Origin: Histomonas meleagridis 2922-C6/04-290x
Lineage: Eukaryota > Protista > Parabasalia
Length of the DNA: 64,000 nucleotides
Direction of reading: 5' to 3'
Assembly: GCA_020184695.1 (NCBI GenBank)
Contig: JAANOX010000017.1
Coordinates: 471,283-535,282, forward strand
The notes beneath the pieces are model-generated. The model did no database searches and was not told the origin of the DNA. It saw only the letters and a list, made by a program, of their open reading frames with translations. Made by a program: the position numbers and the translations under genes. Shown here one piece after another: positions 21,980 through 34,513 of this stretch. The first letter of the stretch is position 1, and the number at the start of each line of letters is the position of its first letter.

Positions 21980-23194
21980 TCATTGAGGCAATGTATAAGT
22001 TAACCAACTTCCTACGAATATACCTATGTTCAATCCAAGAGATACACAAAACGACGCCAGTTCGACTTCGTTTTCTTGAAGTGTCTCCAATTTTGCAGTA
22101 TACGAGATACAAAGCGTCAAGAAATATCCATTTGTCAAAGCCAACAAAAACGTCACCACGTAAATCCAAATGTCATCTTCCAGTGCCGCTCCTTCGATTG
22201 ATATTATATATGCGGGAAAGAAAATCAATCTCACCAAATGCGGTATGAACAAGAACTTTGGCGATGGGAAACATATCCAACGCGGGAGAAGTCTTCCGAT
22301 GAAGTCGCCAACCATATACAACGATGTAACTATCGTCGATACCCAATCGCTTGTAAGCCCGTGCTTACTTTTAGTCTGTGTCGCATATCCAGGGAAAAGA
22401 GTCAGCGTAATTGTCATGCACAAAAATGCTTCGAATGCAAAAATCCACATTTTCTTAAAGATATGCGTGATACGACTCATACGTTGACAAAAATTGGTAG
22501 AAATAACAGTGTTACTATACTTCGCTTTGGCAATGGTCGTGTTTTGGAAAAACGCAAAACAAATAAGCGAACAAACAATGATGACAAATGAAATGCCAAA
22601 ATAAAACCAGCCTTCCCCGCGGCCCATGGCTTTGGAAATTAATCGAAATATGGACGTTAAAACACCAGACATAGCTAAACCAGTTGATGCAAGCGTTGCG
22701 CAATTTCCTCCAAATAATCCTGCATAACCCATCGTAGTACCAAAAAGAAATCCGGCAAAAACAGAAGTAACACCTTCAACTACAAGAACAGCGGTGTAGT
22801 TAGGATTGGGTAAATTTGCATAGATAGTGAAAAAAAGCATGCAGATTGCAACTATAGTGGTTGAAACATAATACCGAAGTTTGACACTAAAATTTTCAAT
22901 AAAGGGAGTGGAAATAAAGTATGAACATGATGCTGCAATATTGTAAACACGTGCAATGTTCTGTGATACTGAAGATTCATTTGGAAATATTTTCTGGAAA
23001 TAATCAATTCCGTTTATAAATGTGTTGTATGCAAATAGGACATTTGTTCCAAATAAGAAAAATAAAAGTTCGACTTTGATTGATGTTTTTGTATCTGTTT
23101 CTTCTTCATTTTCATCTTCATTTTCTTCGTGATTATCTATAATGCTACTTGGAGTGTCATCAGTGCTGGTACTGCTTGATGATTCAGTTGACAT
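21980..23194 (-). CDS. Equilibrative nucleoside transporter (ENT/SLC29)
   Basis: About 11 TM segments; LFAYNTFINGIDYF, ITLTLFPG, GDFIGR, LALTNGY. Confidence 0.9.
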   Translation of the reverse strand: MSTESSSSTSTDDTPSSIIDNHEENEDENEEETDTKTSIKVELLFFLFGTNVLFAYNTFINGIDYFQKIFPNESSVSQNIARVYNIAASCSYFISTPFIENFSVKLRYYVSTTIVAICMLFFTIYANLPNPNYTAVLVVEGVTSVFAGFLFGTTMGYAGLFGGNCATLASTGLAMSGVLTSIFRLISKAMGRGEGWFYFGISFVIIVCSLICFAFFQNTTIAKAKYSNTVISTNFCQRMSRITHIFKKMWIFAFEAFLCMTITLTLFPGYATQTKSKHGLTSDWVSTIVTSLYMVGDFIGRLLPRWICFPSPKFLFIPHLVRLIFFPAYIISIEGAALEDDIWIYVVTFLLALTNGYFLTLCISYTAKLETLQENEVELASFCVSLGLNIGIFVGSWLTYTLPQ

Positions 23195-24236
23195 TTTGAT
23201 ATTTTAAATCTCAGTTGGTCATTCGAAATTAACGTTTTTCCTTGTCAAAAATTCACTTTTGACTCCATACAACACATAATGCGGCATTTATTAAACTGGA
23301 ACCAAATTAATGACTTCTAAAAAGTACTTTATATAATTCATTGGATCCTATTAATTGAAAATAACATTGTTTTATAGTTTTCTTGACATTAGGTGTTATA
23401 ATGAATGTTTTATGAAAATTTTGTTGGATCTAAAAGATTTTAAATTAAAGAATTTTTACAAAAAGATTAATTAAAAAGCATAACAACCAAATGAGTTTTT
23501 CATGATTTAGATTTTTTTATAAAAATGCATATTCACATCAACTTTCCTCTGTTTATAACTGACACTTTTTGAATAAAGCTACAATTCACACTTAGAAAGC
23601 ATCAATAGGAATTAAAAATAGTGTTCCCATGATGTTAAAATAGGTTCTTCAAAATTAATATAACTAATATTGTATAATAATATTGCACCGCTTGATTCAA
23701 CCTAAAACAAATAATATTAATATAAAAATTAAATATAAATAAAAAAAAAATTTATATTTTTATCATTTAACTCAATAATTTCGTATTTGAAAAGTAGTTT
23801 GGCTTCTTCAATGAATCCATTGTTTAATGCAATAAAAACTGCTATTTCAAATAATTCATTTGAATTACAAGTGTCATTTTGACATATAAAATAATTTAAG
23901 TTAATTTTAAATGAAATAAACAAATACTTTCAGCTTTGAGATCAATTCCTTCTTTTTTAAATAGCAAAATGAAAATTTCTATGTAATTCTTTTTTAATGC
24001 ATACATAAGTGCTGTGCAATATAATTTGAATTAATGTTATTATAAGTAACATAGATATACATTCATGAGTATTGAGACATTTGCATCATTCTCGATATAA
24101 ACGGTTTCTATGATCTCGCAACATATTTTGATTCAGAAAAAACCAAGCAAACTTAGTTAAACATGTATTGGCAATTTATATGTAAACTTATCAAATAACT
24201 CCTGCATATTGTGAGAAATTTAATCGTATTTTACAA

Positions 24237-27059
24237 ATGAAAAAGGAAAACATGAAAAAAGATCTAAATGAAATGAAAATGCTTTTATCAATAAAACAAA
24301 TTGTATTCAATTTAGATAAAGAAAACATTAGTCTATCAGCAGAAACAATCATTAATGTTTTTGATAAAAATTTCCCAACATCTTTTAACATAATTATTAC
24401 GCAAATGATATATGGATTCCTTGTTGGGAGAATACATGATTATGACATAAATATTTATTTAAATTTTATAAAAGAGATTGAAACATTAGAAGATAACAAT
24501 AAAATTAAATCAAAAATTTTTGAAACATTTTCAAGTTTTCTTCTAAATAAAGATTCACAAGAATCATATTATCTTCTTGAGAATATGATTGGATGTAATT
24601 TTCTTGATTCAAGTATTGCACAAAATAAAAAGAATGCTCATTTTGCTCAATATATGGAAGAAAGTGATATTAAAAAATTTTTTTATATTAAGTTTATGAA
24701 ACAAGTCATCAAAAATATTGAAGAACTTAAAAAAGACAATTGGAAATTACATAAGAAGTTAATTAAAGAAGGAGTTAATCCAAATGAAATACCAAAAATA
24801 ATTCAAAATGATGAAGTTGATAAACTTCAAGAAATATCATCACAAAATGATTTCGATTTTAATAAATATATTAAACCATCACTTTATGAAAGAAGTGATT
24901 TTATTAATCAGAAATATGTTTCATTAATTGATTATGCAGCATTTTTCGGATCAATTAAATGTTTTAAGTATTTACTTATGAATGGAGCAAATGTAAAAAA
25001 TACAGGTAAATATGCTGTTGCAGGTGGAAATTTAGAAATAATTCATTTATGTGAACAAAATCATTCATCATTTGATGATGCATATGAAACAGCAATTATG
25101 TTCCATCGAAATGATATCTTTCATTATCTTTATGAAAAGAAATATAAAAATTTAGAAATATTAGGAATAAAATGCATTATGTATCATAACTATGAAATTT
25201 TTATGTTTTTACTTGATGAAGGAATGAAAATCTATGATTCTTTTATCAATGAAGCAGCAAAAATTGGGAATATATTTCTCATAAAATATTGTCTTCAAAA
25301 TCATCAAATTCCAAAGGATATTTTGGTTTTTTCATCAGAATCAGGAAACATTGAACTTGTTAAATATGTTTTATCTCTAAAAAGTATTAATATTAATACT
25401 CTATGCGTTTATTTGCTTTGTTTAAAATTTGTTTTATTTTTATGGAATTTTAATACAATATTTGGAAATTATTTATTTTATTTTATACAGCACTTATAGC
25501 TGCATCTGAAAGAGGTTATACTGAAATAACAAAATTACTTCTTGAACAAGAAGGTATTGATGTTAATGTTAAAAATCTTTTTAATTTTAATTATTTTATA
25601 TTTCAAAATAATAATTGGAAATTATTCATTTTATTTAATACAGCACTTATGCGTGCATCTCTATTTGGTTATATAGATATTGTTAAATTACTTCTTGAAA
25701 ATAAACAAATTGAAATAGATGCTAAAAATTTTTATTTACTTTTTTTAATATATATTAATATGTTTTAATGTGTAATACTAAGTTTTATGGATCATTTATA
25801 ATATTTGATACTCCACTTATTTTCGCATCTTTAAGTGGCAATACAGAAATCGTTAAATTACTTCTTGAACAAAAAGGAATTGATATTAATGCTAAAAATA
25901 TTTGTTTATTTTATTTAAACTTTCTTTTAATATCTTGATGCTTTACTACAATATTTGGAAATTATTAAAAATATTTAATACAGCATTTCTTTGGGCATGT
26001 TTAAATGGTCACACAGAAACAGTAAAATTCCTTCTTGAACAAAAAGGAATTGATATTAATGCTAAAAATATTTGTTTATTTTGTTTAAACTTTCTTTTAA
26101 TTTCTTGATGCTTTATTACAATATTTGGAAATTATTAAAAATATTTAATAAGGCATTTCTTTGGGCATGTTTAAATGGCCATATAGATACAGTAAAATTG
26201 CTTCTTGAGCAAGAAGGAATTGATGTTAAAGATGATATTTATTTATTGAAATTCTTTTAAGTGTTTTGATATTACATAAAATTATTTGGAAATTATATAA
26301 AATATTATGGGCTGCACTTTTACTTGCATCTAAAAATGGTTACTTAGAAATAGTTAAATTACTCATAGAACAAAAAGGAATTGATGTAAATACAAAAGAT
26401 GTTTATCCATTTTACATCAGGTTCATATCAATGATTTGAAAAATCAAAATAATATTTGGAAATTATTTGTATTATTTAATACAGCTTTAATGTTGACATG
26501 TTTAAGTGGTTATACAGAGATAGTTAAATTTCTTCTTATGCAAAAAGGAATTGATATTAATGTTCAAGATATTTATTTGTTTAATTTGATATTACTTTTG
26601 GTTATTTTTTGTTGGAAAATATTATTTGGAATTTGTTCTCAATATTTTATACACCTCTTATGGTTGTTACATTAGATAATCATATTGATATTGTTAAATT
26701 ACTTCTTGAACAAGAAAGTATTGATGTTAATGCTCAAGACATAAAATTGTTTTATTTAATATTTATTTTAATAATTTGATGTTTCAAAATAATATTTGGA
26801 GTTTATTTATATTATTTAATACTGCACTTATATATGCATCTCAAAATGGTTATACAGAAATAGTAAAATTACTTCTTGAACATGAAAAAATTGATATTAA
26901 TATTAAAAATGTTTATTAAATCTTTTTAATATTATTTTTAATGGTTTAATGTTACACAAAATTATTTGGAAATTATTTATCTTCCTTAAAACAGCACTTC
27001 AAATAGCATGTGAAAATGAAATAATAGATGTTATTGAAATGTTTTCTGGTAAAATCTAA
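24237..27059 (+). CDS. Locus C: DUF3447-like/ankyrin protein with 10 spacer-interrupted cassettes
   Basis: Intact 420-aa N-terminal ORF ending just after the first spacer block. Cassette starts from 25487 to 26991; final repeat TALQIACENEIIDVIEMFSGKI*. Confidence 0.75.
25407..27059 (+). repeat. Ankyrin cassette array C
   Basis: Intervals 153,170,170,170,161,170,170,170,170. Confidence 0.9.
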
Positions 27060-27577
27060 CAGTCAAATTGTTAGAATACACAAAAATAGCAAATAACATA
27101 ATGAATGTATATGTTAGCTTTGTTGAAACAATAAATTAAGATAGGAAAGAAGTAAAAAATATGTTGTGAATTTATAATTAATTCTATATTTTGAATCAAT
27201 TTCTATAATCTTTTAAGAATTTACTTAATGACGCATATAAATATTGTTTTCGGCTTTTTTTTAGCTGAAAGACTTTTATTATTTGCTTGATGAATGCAAA
27301 GAGCACATGCATCTAGAAGTGTGAATAAAAGAAAGTGCTAAAAACAAAACTATTTTATTGCTTAATTACACCCCATTGTAGGTTAATCACAATATCATAT
27401 ATCCAATAATTTATTATTAATTTGATACAAACAAATTAATATTATTATATACCTTTACTCAATTATCTCAAGTTGGATTAGTTATTGAAACAAAATTTTA
27501 TATGAAAAAAGCAGATAGAAAAATTAAGATTTGATTAAAAAGCATTAAAAATGAAAAAGACAAAAACTTAAAATGCA

Positions 27578-27874
27578 TTATTTATTCTCAAATTCTTCAA
27601 TTCCTTCGTCAATTAGTGGCATTATTTCACGCAATTTTTGCCATTGATTAAGATCAAGATTAATTCCCTTTTTTCCTGGTAACCACTCACCATCCTTAAG
27701 ATAAAATTCTCGTATATCGATTCGTGTTTTCCCATGAAATTGGGAAATTGTAACTTGTTTTTTATTGTTTGATGTTTCTGATATTGGGATGACAAAATTG
27801 GTTTCTTTTTTTACCTTAGTTGAGAAATCACGAATAGACTTTACTCCTTCAGTTTCCTTTTGGTTATCAGACAT
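27578..27874 (-). CDS. SUB1: Transcriptional coactivator PC4/Sub1 (ssDNA-binding)
   Basis: VTISQFHGKTRIDIREFYLKDGEWLPGKKGINLDLNQW. Confidence 0.9.
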   Translation of the reverse strand: MSDNQKETEGVKSIRDFSTKVKKETNFVIPISETSNNKKQVTISQFHGKTRIDIREFYLKDGEWLPGKKGINLDLNQWQKLREIMPLIDEGIEEFENK

Positions 27875-28195
27875 CTAAAATTTTTGTGTGATGTGAAAAT
27901 CTTCTTCACTCATCAAGTGAAGTAGGGTAAAATTTACCCTTTGATGCATGAAATTTCGAAATCTTTGTTTCATGTCTATATGAGTAAGTTTTGGAATCTT
28001 TTTCTGAATGTCCATGCTGTGAGTCTTATAAGAAAAGGAAAGATATAAAAATTAAAATTAATTTGTTAATTATAAAATTTAGTAAAAAGTTTAAATATCC
28101 TAATACTAGCAGATAAAGCTTTACACCTTTCTTAAACGAAAAGAAAAAAGTCAAAATCTTTATTTAACAAACAAAAGCAAAATTAAAAATCGATT

Positions 28196-28429
28196 TTATT
28201 CAGAATCAACATCATTTCCGACACTTGCATCAGTTCTTGTATAGTGGAGCATGCGATCAATTAAGTCAACATGCGCAAGAAGCATTCTACGACAACAATA
28301 ACGTTTCAGCCCAAGTTTATCAAGTGCTGCTCCCTTATTATTTGGATTTTCCTGAACAAGGCGAAGATATTCATCCCATTTATTACCTATAATATTACCG
28401 CACGTGAAGCATCTGACTGGAATTATCAT
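28196..28429 (-). CDS. RPB10: RNA polymerase I/II/III shared subunit RPB10
   Basis: [11 protein letters not shown]...[19 protein letters not shown]. Confidence 0.97.
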   Translation of the reverse strand: MIIPVRCFTCGNIIGNKWDEYLRLVQENPNNKGAALDKLGLKRYCCRRMLLAHVDLIDRMLHYTRTDASVGNDVDSE

Positions 28430-28616
28430 TTTTGGAGATAATTTGCCCTTTGTTCAGAATTTTTACCCTTTTAGCGAGGCACCCCAAATTTTGTTTTTGC
28501 TTTTTTATCTTGAGTGATGATTTTTAATCCGTTAATTATATTTTACTTATATTTTTTATATCTTATCAAACAAATAATTTATGAAAATAAACATAGTAAT
28601 GACAAAAGCATCTGAA

Positions 28617-29222
28617 TTAACAACAACCACTCTTTTCTTCCTGATCCTTAATATTTGGAGTAAGGTGAATATCATCGCCAATGTTACGAAGTGCAACCTT
28701 CTGATCCAAAGCTTTTTTCGCAATATGATACATTATACTATCAATACCTGTGTTTGCATAAGCACTGACTTCAAAGTATTCCATATCAAAACTACGCGCA
28801 AACTCTATTATTTCTGGCTGCGAAATCTCTCTATCGTCTTCAAGATCAGACTTATTGCCGCATAAAACAAAATAGGGATCTTCATCACCACAGTTAGCGT
28901 TGACTTCATCCATCCAATCTCTGATGTCTTCGAATGATTTTAACGAAGTAATGTCAAAAGTCAAGATAACTATTTCAGCATTTTTGAAATAAATACTTAC
29001 TAATGACCTGAACTGCTCCTGCCCTGCAGTGTCCCAGATGTTTAGAGCAACATCGGTATTCTCGACTCGATAAATAACAGTTGCAAATCCAACACCCATG
29101 GTTTCACTTGGAATCGAATGAACATCTTTATTAAGTATCCTTTGAAGAATAGTTGTTTTCCCGACTGATGATGATCCACAAAGTACTACTTTTGTATGTG
29201 TTCCTTCTTTATTTGATTCCAT
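28617..29222 (-). CDS. Rab-family small GTPase
   Basis: GSSSVGKT, WDTAGQEQF, NKSD, EVSA, C-terminal CC prenylation motif. Confidence 0.92.
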   Translation of the reverse strand: MESNKEGTHTKVVLCGSSSVGKTTILQRILNKDVHSIPSETMGVGFATVIYRVENTDVALNIWDTAGQEQFRSLVSIYFKNAEIVILTFDITSLKSFEDIRDWMDEVNANCGDEDPYFVLCGNKSDLEDDREISQPEIIEFARSFDMEYFEVSAYANTGIDSIMYHIAKKALDQKVALRNIGDDIHLTPNIKDQEEKSGCC

Positions 29223-30780
29223 TGATACACTGTCACTTTTTGTTCATAGCATCACTTGTCAAATGTCAAGAACTATAAATTAACGGCTTCCAAAGCAGCA
29301 CATTTTTCGTAAACTTTCATTTCTTCTTGTATTATATCTTAGTTTGATATCATTATTGTTAACATCAAATGAAACACCTGTATTTCAAAGATCAAATGCA
29401 ATAATGAAATTCGAGATTTAGCTATGAAATTTGGTCCTAGATTTGATCTATATTAACTTTTTCTTATTCTTTAATGTTAAAGATAGAGTATTTTAAATGG
29501 GTCTAACCACATACACATAAATATTAAGATCAAGAAAACAAATTTGTTTAAATTTAAAACATGTGACTTTATTTTTCTTGTTTGATACCTATTATCAAGT
29601 TTAGTATCCCTCCCTTTTGTCTTAAAATTTGAGCAATAATTATCAAACAATTTTTTTTATGCTCTAAATTGGCTGCACATATTTTTTTTATTCGAAGTCA
29701 AAAAATTATAAACGAAATAAAAGATTAATTAATAAAAATGTTTATTTATTAGAATATGTGAAAAAAGCTGAATTATCAGAAATATATGAAGAAATTTAAT
29801 TTTTGATGATTGAATGGTTTTCGTACAAAATCCATCATTTTTAAATTAATAAATTTTGACCCCGAAAAATAAGAATTAAAAGAAAAATATAATGATATAA
29901 TTCCATTGGTAATAGTGAATATGAAAATGATGTGATGGACAACTTTGGTTTAAAACAAAATAATCAAATTTTAAAACTAATGAAATTTATAAAGAAAACA
30001 ATTTATATAAATTAAAACTGATAGCAATGAAGAATCTGTGAAAATTCGTGTAAAATTTTGATGAAATTGTAATTTGGCATCAGAAGTAAAAATGCATTTA
30101 ACTAAAAAACTAGAATCATAATATCTTAAATTTGAACAACATAATTGATTATGGTAAAAAAAATTGAAGATTTCTTCGAATTTGAGCCTATTTCATTAAA
30201 ATGGGGAAAAGAATCAAAAAAAATAAAACCGGACTCCAAATTAACCATTTATTCAATAGATTACAAAAAATTATATCTAAAAAAGTCATAATGCTTATTT
30301 AACCGTTGGTTCTATTATTTGTACACACAAAATTTTGACTTGTGCTAACCAATATAAGGAACGTTTACACTACTGTTTATAAACAACGTTTTTACTTCAC
30401 AAATTTGTGAAATTTATATCAAAAATTGGTCCAACCGTCCTCATAAACCAACCTTTTGAATCATGTTTTCGTTAAGTTAATCTCACAAACCAACAAAATT
30501 TTTGTGTAAAGTTTAGAACAATTTCTGCATAACCGTATGATTAGTCGAAATTCAAACAATAAATTACATTTTTTTCTCCAATTTCTTCGAATATGATTTA
30601 TTATCAAATAATATATAATTACCAATTATATATCGAAATAAAAAATGATAAAAAATATAAAAATATCTATTAAAAATAAAGTTTTTTTCATTTTTCTTTT
30701 GAGTTTAACGAGATATTTCAATGCCCATAAATTTGAGTTCTCTCAAAAATGAGCACAACCGTTCTTGCCACTTGTAAGGA

Positions 30781-31557
30781 ATGCAATTCAACGTCAGGAT
30801 TATTGAAGCGCAAGGCCTTCCAAAGATGGACAAATTTGGAAAGGTCGATCCATACGTTGTTGTTCAGCTTTTCGGAGACAGTATGCAACGTCGAACAAGG
30901 GTTATCCAAAAAGAATATAACCCGAAATGGAACCAAGAATTCTCTTTCTTACTTAGAAACCCAGCTACACAAAAAGCTGTCCTCACACTAAAAGACCAGG
31001 ATGCTGTTGGAAACGACGACACAATTGGAATGATTGAGATTCCAATCTCCTCAATTCCACCAAACGTAGTTCTTGACAGATGGCTTGACCCAAGACCAGC
31101 TAAGGGTGTTAAGAACCCAGGAAAACTTCATGTATTATTACAAGTTGCTGATAAAAGCGTTAAACCATTCTCTGGACCAGTACAACCACCTCCAGGAGTA
31201 TATCCACAAGTTCACCCAGTTCCACCACCCGGCTATGGTGTACCTCCAGGACATCCAATGCCACCACCCGGCTACGGTGCACCTCCTCCTCCACCTCCAG
31301 GATATGGTGTTCCACCACCAGGCCATCCAATGCCACCTCCACCAAGGCCAATGCCAGGACAACCAATGCCACCACCAGGATATGGTGCACCACCTCCAGG
31401 ATACGGAGCACCACTTCCAGGACAACCAGTTCCTCCAAGACCATTACCAGGTCAACCAATGCCACCACCAGGATATGGTGCACCTCCACCACCAGGCTAT
31501 GGCGCTCCACCTCCACCAGGTTATGTTCCACCACCAGGCCCACCACGACCATATTAA
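30781..31557 (+). CDS. C2-domain protein with Pro/Gly/Tyr-rich (XYPPX-like) repeat tail
   Basis: C2 motifs (IIEAQGLPKMDKFGKVDPYV; NPKWNQEF; DDTIG) followed by PPPGYGAPPP repeats. Confidence 0.88.
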   Translation: MQFNVRIIEAQGLPKMDKFGKVDPYVVVQLFGDSMQRRTRVIQKEYNPKWNQEFSFLLRNPATQKAVLTLKDQDAVGNDDTIGMIEIPISSIPPNVVLDRWLDPRPAKGVKNPGKLHVLLQVADKSVKPFSGPVQPPPGVYPQVHPVPPPGYGVPPGHPMPPPGYGAPPPPPPGYGVPPPGHPMPPPPRPMPGQPMPPPGYGAPPPGYGAPLPGQPVPPRPLPGQPMPPPGYGAPPPPGYGAPPPPGYVPPPGPPRPY

Positions 31558-31917
31558 ACCAAACCTAGCACTTTATCACAATCATTTTTTTTAATGTATT
31601 ACTTTTTTTATCATCTAAAGATCAAAAGAAGAAACCAAAATACTGTTTACATGGATGGTCTTCTTTGGTTTGATGACTTTTTGATCCGTTTTCAAATACA
31701 TTCGTCAAATGCCATTTCCAATATTCTAACAAAAAAAATCAAAACTAAGGTATACACAGCCAATTCGATCAAGCAAAAACAACTTCTAAAATTTATAAGC
31801 ACATTAACATCTGAAATTACAAATTTCTTCATCAGGGAAAACGATAGAATTCAAATTTGGGACACCCCAAAAACATCAAAAGTTTGAAAGACAAATTAAA
31901 TAAATAAATGTTATCTT

Positions 31918-33621
31918 TTAAAAGACGTATTGGTATGGAAGTGGTCCATCGAATTCAACCTTTGTGATCTTCTTTGTTGAATTTTCCATGTAAGTATGAT
32001 CGAATGGTTTGGAGTCCGCATGTTTCATATAACTTTGTGGAGCAAATGTAACATGATAATCGAACACTCTAAAGTTATCAAAGAAGTCCCAGTTAATCTT
32101 TTGCATATTTTCGAGTGTTTGATAAGGTAACATCCAATAGCCGCAATCAAAGTCATCATTTTGAACTAATGTTTCTGGATTTGGTTGGAAGATTTGGCTA
32201 AGAGCCCAGAAAGGCATATCATTAATAGCCATTTCTTTAACCTCATTAGTATTTGTAATTTCGGCAATTTTGATGTTGTTAACGCCACCAGGAAGAGCTT
32301 CAACGTCTGGATTAGAATCAGATTCAGTCTTCTTAAGTAATACGTACTTACTTGTGTTTGTGCAAATACCTTTAGCAATAGCAGAGCTCTTACATGTAAG
32401 GATATCAGCGCCTTTAGTATGACCTTTACCACGGACACGCTTTGTATCACTTGAACATTTAGTATAATCGAAAACTCCATTAACAGTATTGTTCTTAATG
32501 CATTCAAGTGTGGCTGGGATCCAATTAAGTGGGCAAACATGATTTGGACAAACAATAGCTTCGTTTTCTTCACTTCTTTGACCCATTAAATACTCAACAG
32601 AATGACCTGTTTGACGCCATGAGTTATGAAGAATCAATCCTCCCTTTGTCATGATAGCGTTATTCTCTGTTTGATATCTATTGCGATATAACCATTCATC
32701 GTTATAAGCAACAACATTCATTGCATGGCCGCCAAGTTCGCCCATGTATTTAGGATCGACATTTGATAAGAAGATACCATCTTGTTGACGTGCATCGAGT
32801 TCAAGTTTATAGCAATATTGACCAACTGCATCTGGGCAAAGGATTGACTTGTTAACGCACATATCTGTTTCGGCAAAGATTGATCCATTGCATGGAAGAT
32901 AATAGACGAGATTTGGAAGTGGAACGCCAATTCCGAGTGCTCTGTTAGCCTTAATAAGAAGGCGCTTAACATCGTTAAGTGTATAAGCTGTTTCTGATGA
33001 TACATATTCCCATTTGATTGGATTCTTCTCAAGTGCCTTATAAAGGTTTGGACAATAGAAGTAATCGAATGTCTCTTCTTCTCCTTCTGGAATAGATCGA
33101 TATGGGCAAACGCTTTCTGGAAGTACTGATGTCTTAGTTTCTTCCCAAGCCTTAGCGAAGTAGTATATTGATTCGATTTGTTGGTCGGCGGAAGTGTTGT
33201 GCATTAATCCACCGTAATGACATGCCTTAACATCTGGATGTTTCATGCATTGATCATGAAGCCATGTGAAGAAGGCCTGTTTACTGAATTGGACGTATTC
33301 GTTCTCTTCGAGAAGTCCTTGTTCAACACCTTGTGCATGGTATTGGGATTCGAGAAGATATATCATTGCAAAGCTCCAGCATGTACCAATGTTCATTTGA
33401 TCTGTGGGTGGTAAGATATAGTTCTTGTCAACACTGAACCTGACTGGGAGTGCGGTGTTGTTGATTACTTGTTGGATGATTTGCACATTCGAGGCTTTGA
33501 TAGCAAAGATCATTGCTACAACACTGATGATAAGTGTGCAAATAATGAAGATGAGGATGGCAATAAGAAGTGGTGACTTCTTTGGTTGCTTTTCTCCAAA
33601 CAATGGATCGTTGGATATCAT
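31918..33621 (-). CDS. Divergent papain-family (C1A) cysteine peptidase with N-terminal membrane anchor
   Basis: QMNIGTCWSF (Gln, Cys), GGHAMNVVAY (His), LHNSW (Asn); hydrophobic segment near residues 18-42. Confidence 0.82.
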   Translation of the reverse strand: MISNDPLFGEKQPKKSPLLIAILIFIICTLIISVVAMIFAIKASNVQIIQQVINNTALPVRFSVDKNYILPPTDQMNIGTCWSFAMIYLLESQYHAQGVEQGLLEENEYVQFSKQAFFTWLHDQCMKHPDVKACHYGGLMHNTSADQQIESIYYFAKAWEETKTSVLPESVCPYRSIPEGEEETFDYFYCPNLYKALEKNPIKWEYVSSETAYTLNDVKRLLIKANRALGIGVPLPNLVYYLPCNGSIFAETDMCVNKSILCPDAVGQYCYKLELDARQQDGIFLSNVDPKYMGELGGHAMNVVAYNDEWLYRNRYQTENNAIMTKGGLILHNSWRQTGHSVEYLMGQRSEENEAIVCPNHVCPLNWIPATLECIKNNTVNGVFDYTKCSSDTKRVRGKGHTKGADILTCKSSAIAKGICTNTSKYVLLKKTESDSNPDVEALPGGVNNIKIAEITNTNEVKEMAINDMPFWALSQIFQPNPETLVQNDDFDCGYWMLPYQTLENMQKINWDFFDNFRVFDYHVTFAPQSYMKHADSKPFDHTYMENSTKKITKVEFDGPLPYQYVF

Positions 33622-34513
33622 TGTGAGATGTCAAACCGATACTTTCAATTTTCAATGGAAACGTTTCAAAAACGACAGACACTTTTGGATCGGCTTTGTA
33701 CTGAGTAAAAAAACCAATTAAAGAGTTCCAATTGGAACTGTTTGAGATACAACTGTTTGATGTTTAGTGTCAACTCTCTACTAACGGCAGTGTTTGGCAA
33801 TTTACGAATTTTGTTGCGATTTACAATTTGAAATTAAATGTTTTTAAAAATTAGTTGGATTAAATCCGTTTCAAGGCATCTCCAAAGCGGAATGCGCCGC
33901 CAGCTGCATGTAAAATATAACGCATATTTGAGTATTCCGTTTTTTTATAATCCGTACAGCGGGGCGCCCCAATTTGTGAAATCTCGAAAAATAAATGAAA
34001 TTCCTTTTTTGAGACATTCTAACTATATGTTTATACTGTCGAAAAAGCAAAAAGACCTAAAGTTGCTACAAAAAAGTCAATTATATGGAGATTCAACATT
34101 TTTTAAACAAATCTTCTGAAACTGGTCTGCAAAATTCGAAACAATGTTCCCACGATTCTGTTTTGCGTCTGTTGGAAATACATTTTTATTGTTTTAAAAC
34201 TCAATTATAATTACCTCGATTTATAACAATAGAACTTTCAATGTGACGATTGGAATTTTCTGTAGAAAACGTTTTCTTGATTATTGAATTTATCTATCGG
34301 TTTTTGAACGACGAAAGGTCTTGAGGCGAAATCAATTTTTAATATTATTTGTTGTTAAATATGTTTAATGGCAAAAAACATCACTGGCTTTTGAATTAAT
34401 ACAAAAATATAAAAGGATAATGATTATCAACTCAAAGTGATGTTTCAACAAAAGATTAAATAAAATTTCTAAAGATAAAATGTTTATAAAATTATTTTTT
34501 CTATTTTTTATCA

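Noticed and set aside
25485-25495. TACAG resembling Paramecium IES ends (TAYAG)
   Set aside because: It arises from the x-Thr-Ala codons, occurs at one side only and is not an inverted terminal pair.
29300-30700. Long AT-rich intergenic gap (also 51300-52500) as a hidden gene or ncRNA
   Set aside because: No ORF, repeat, terminal structure or recognisable RNA motif found by eye.
31073-31594. Overlapping alternative-frame and antisense ORFs in the Pro-rich C2 tail
   Set aside because: Expected by-products of repetitive CCA/CCT-rich coding sequence; similar shadow ORFs over other genes were ignored.
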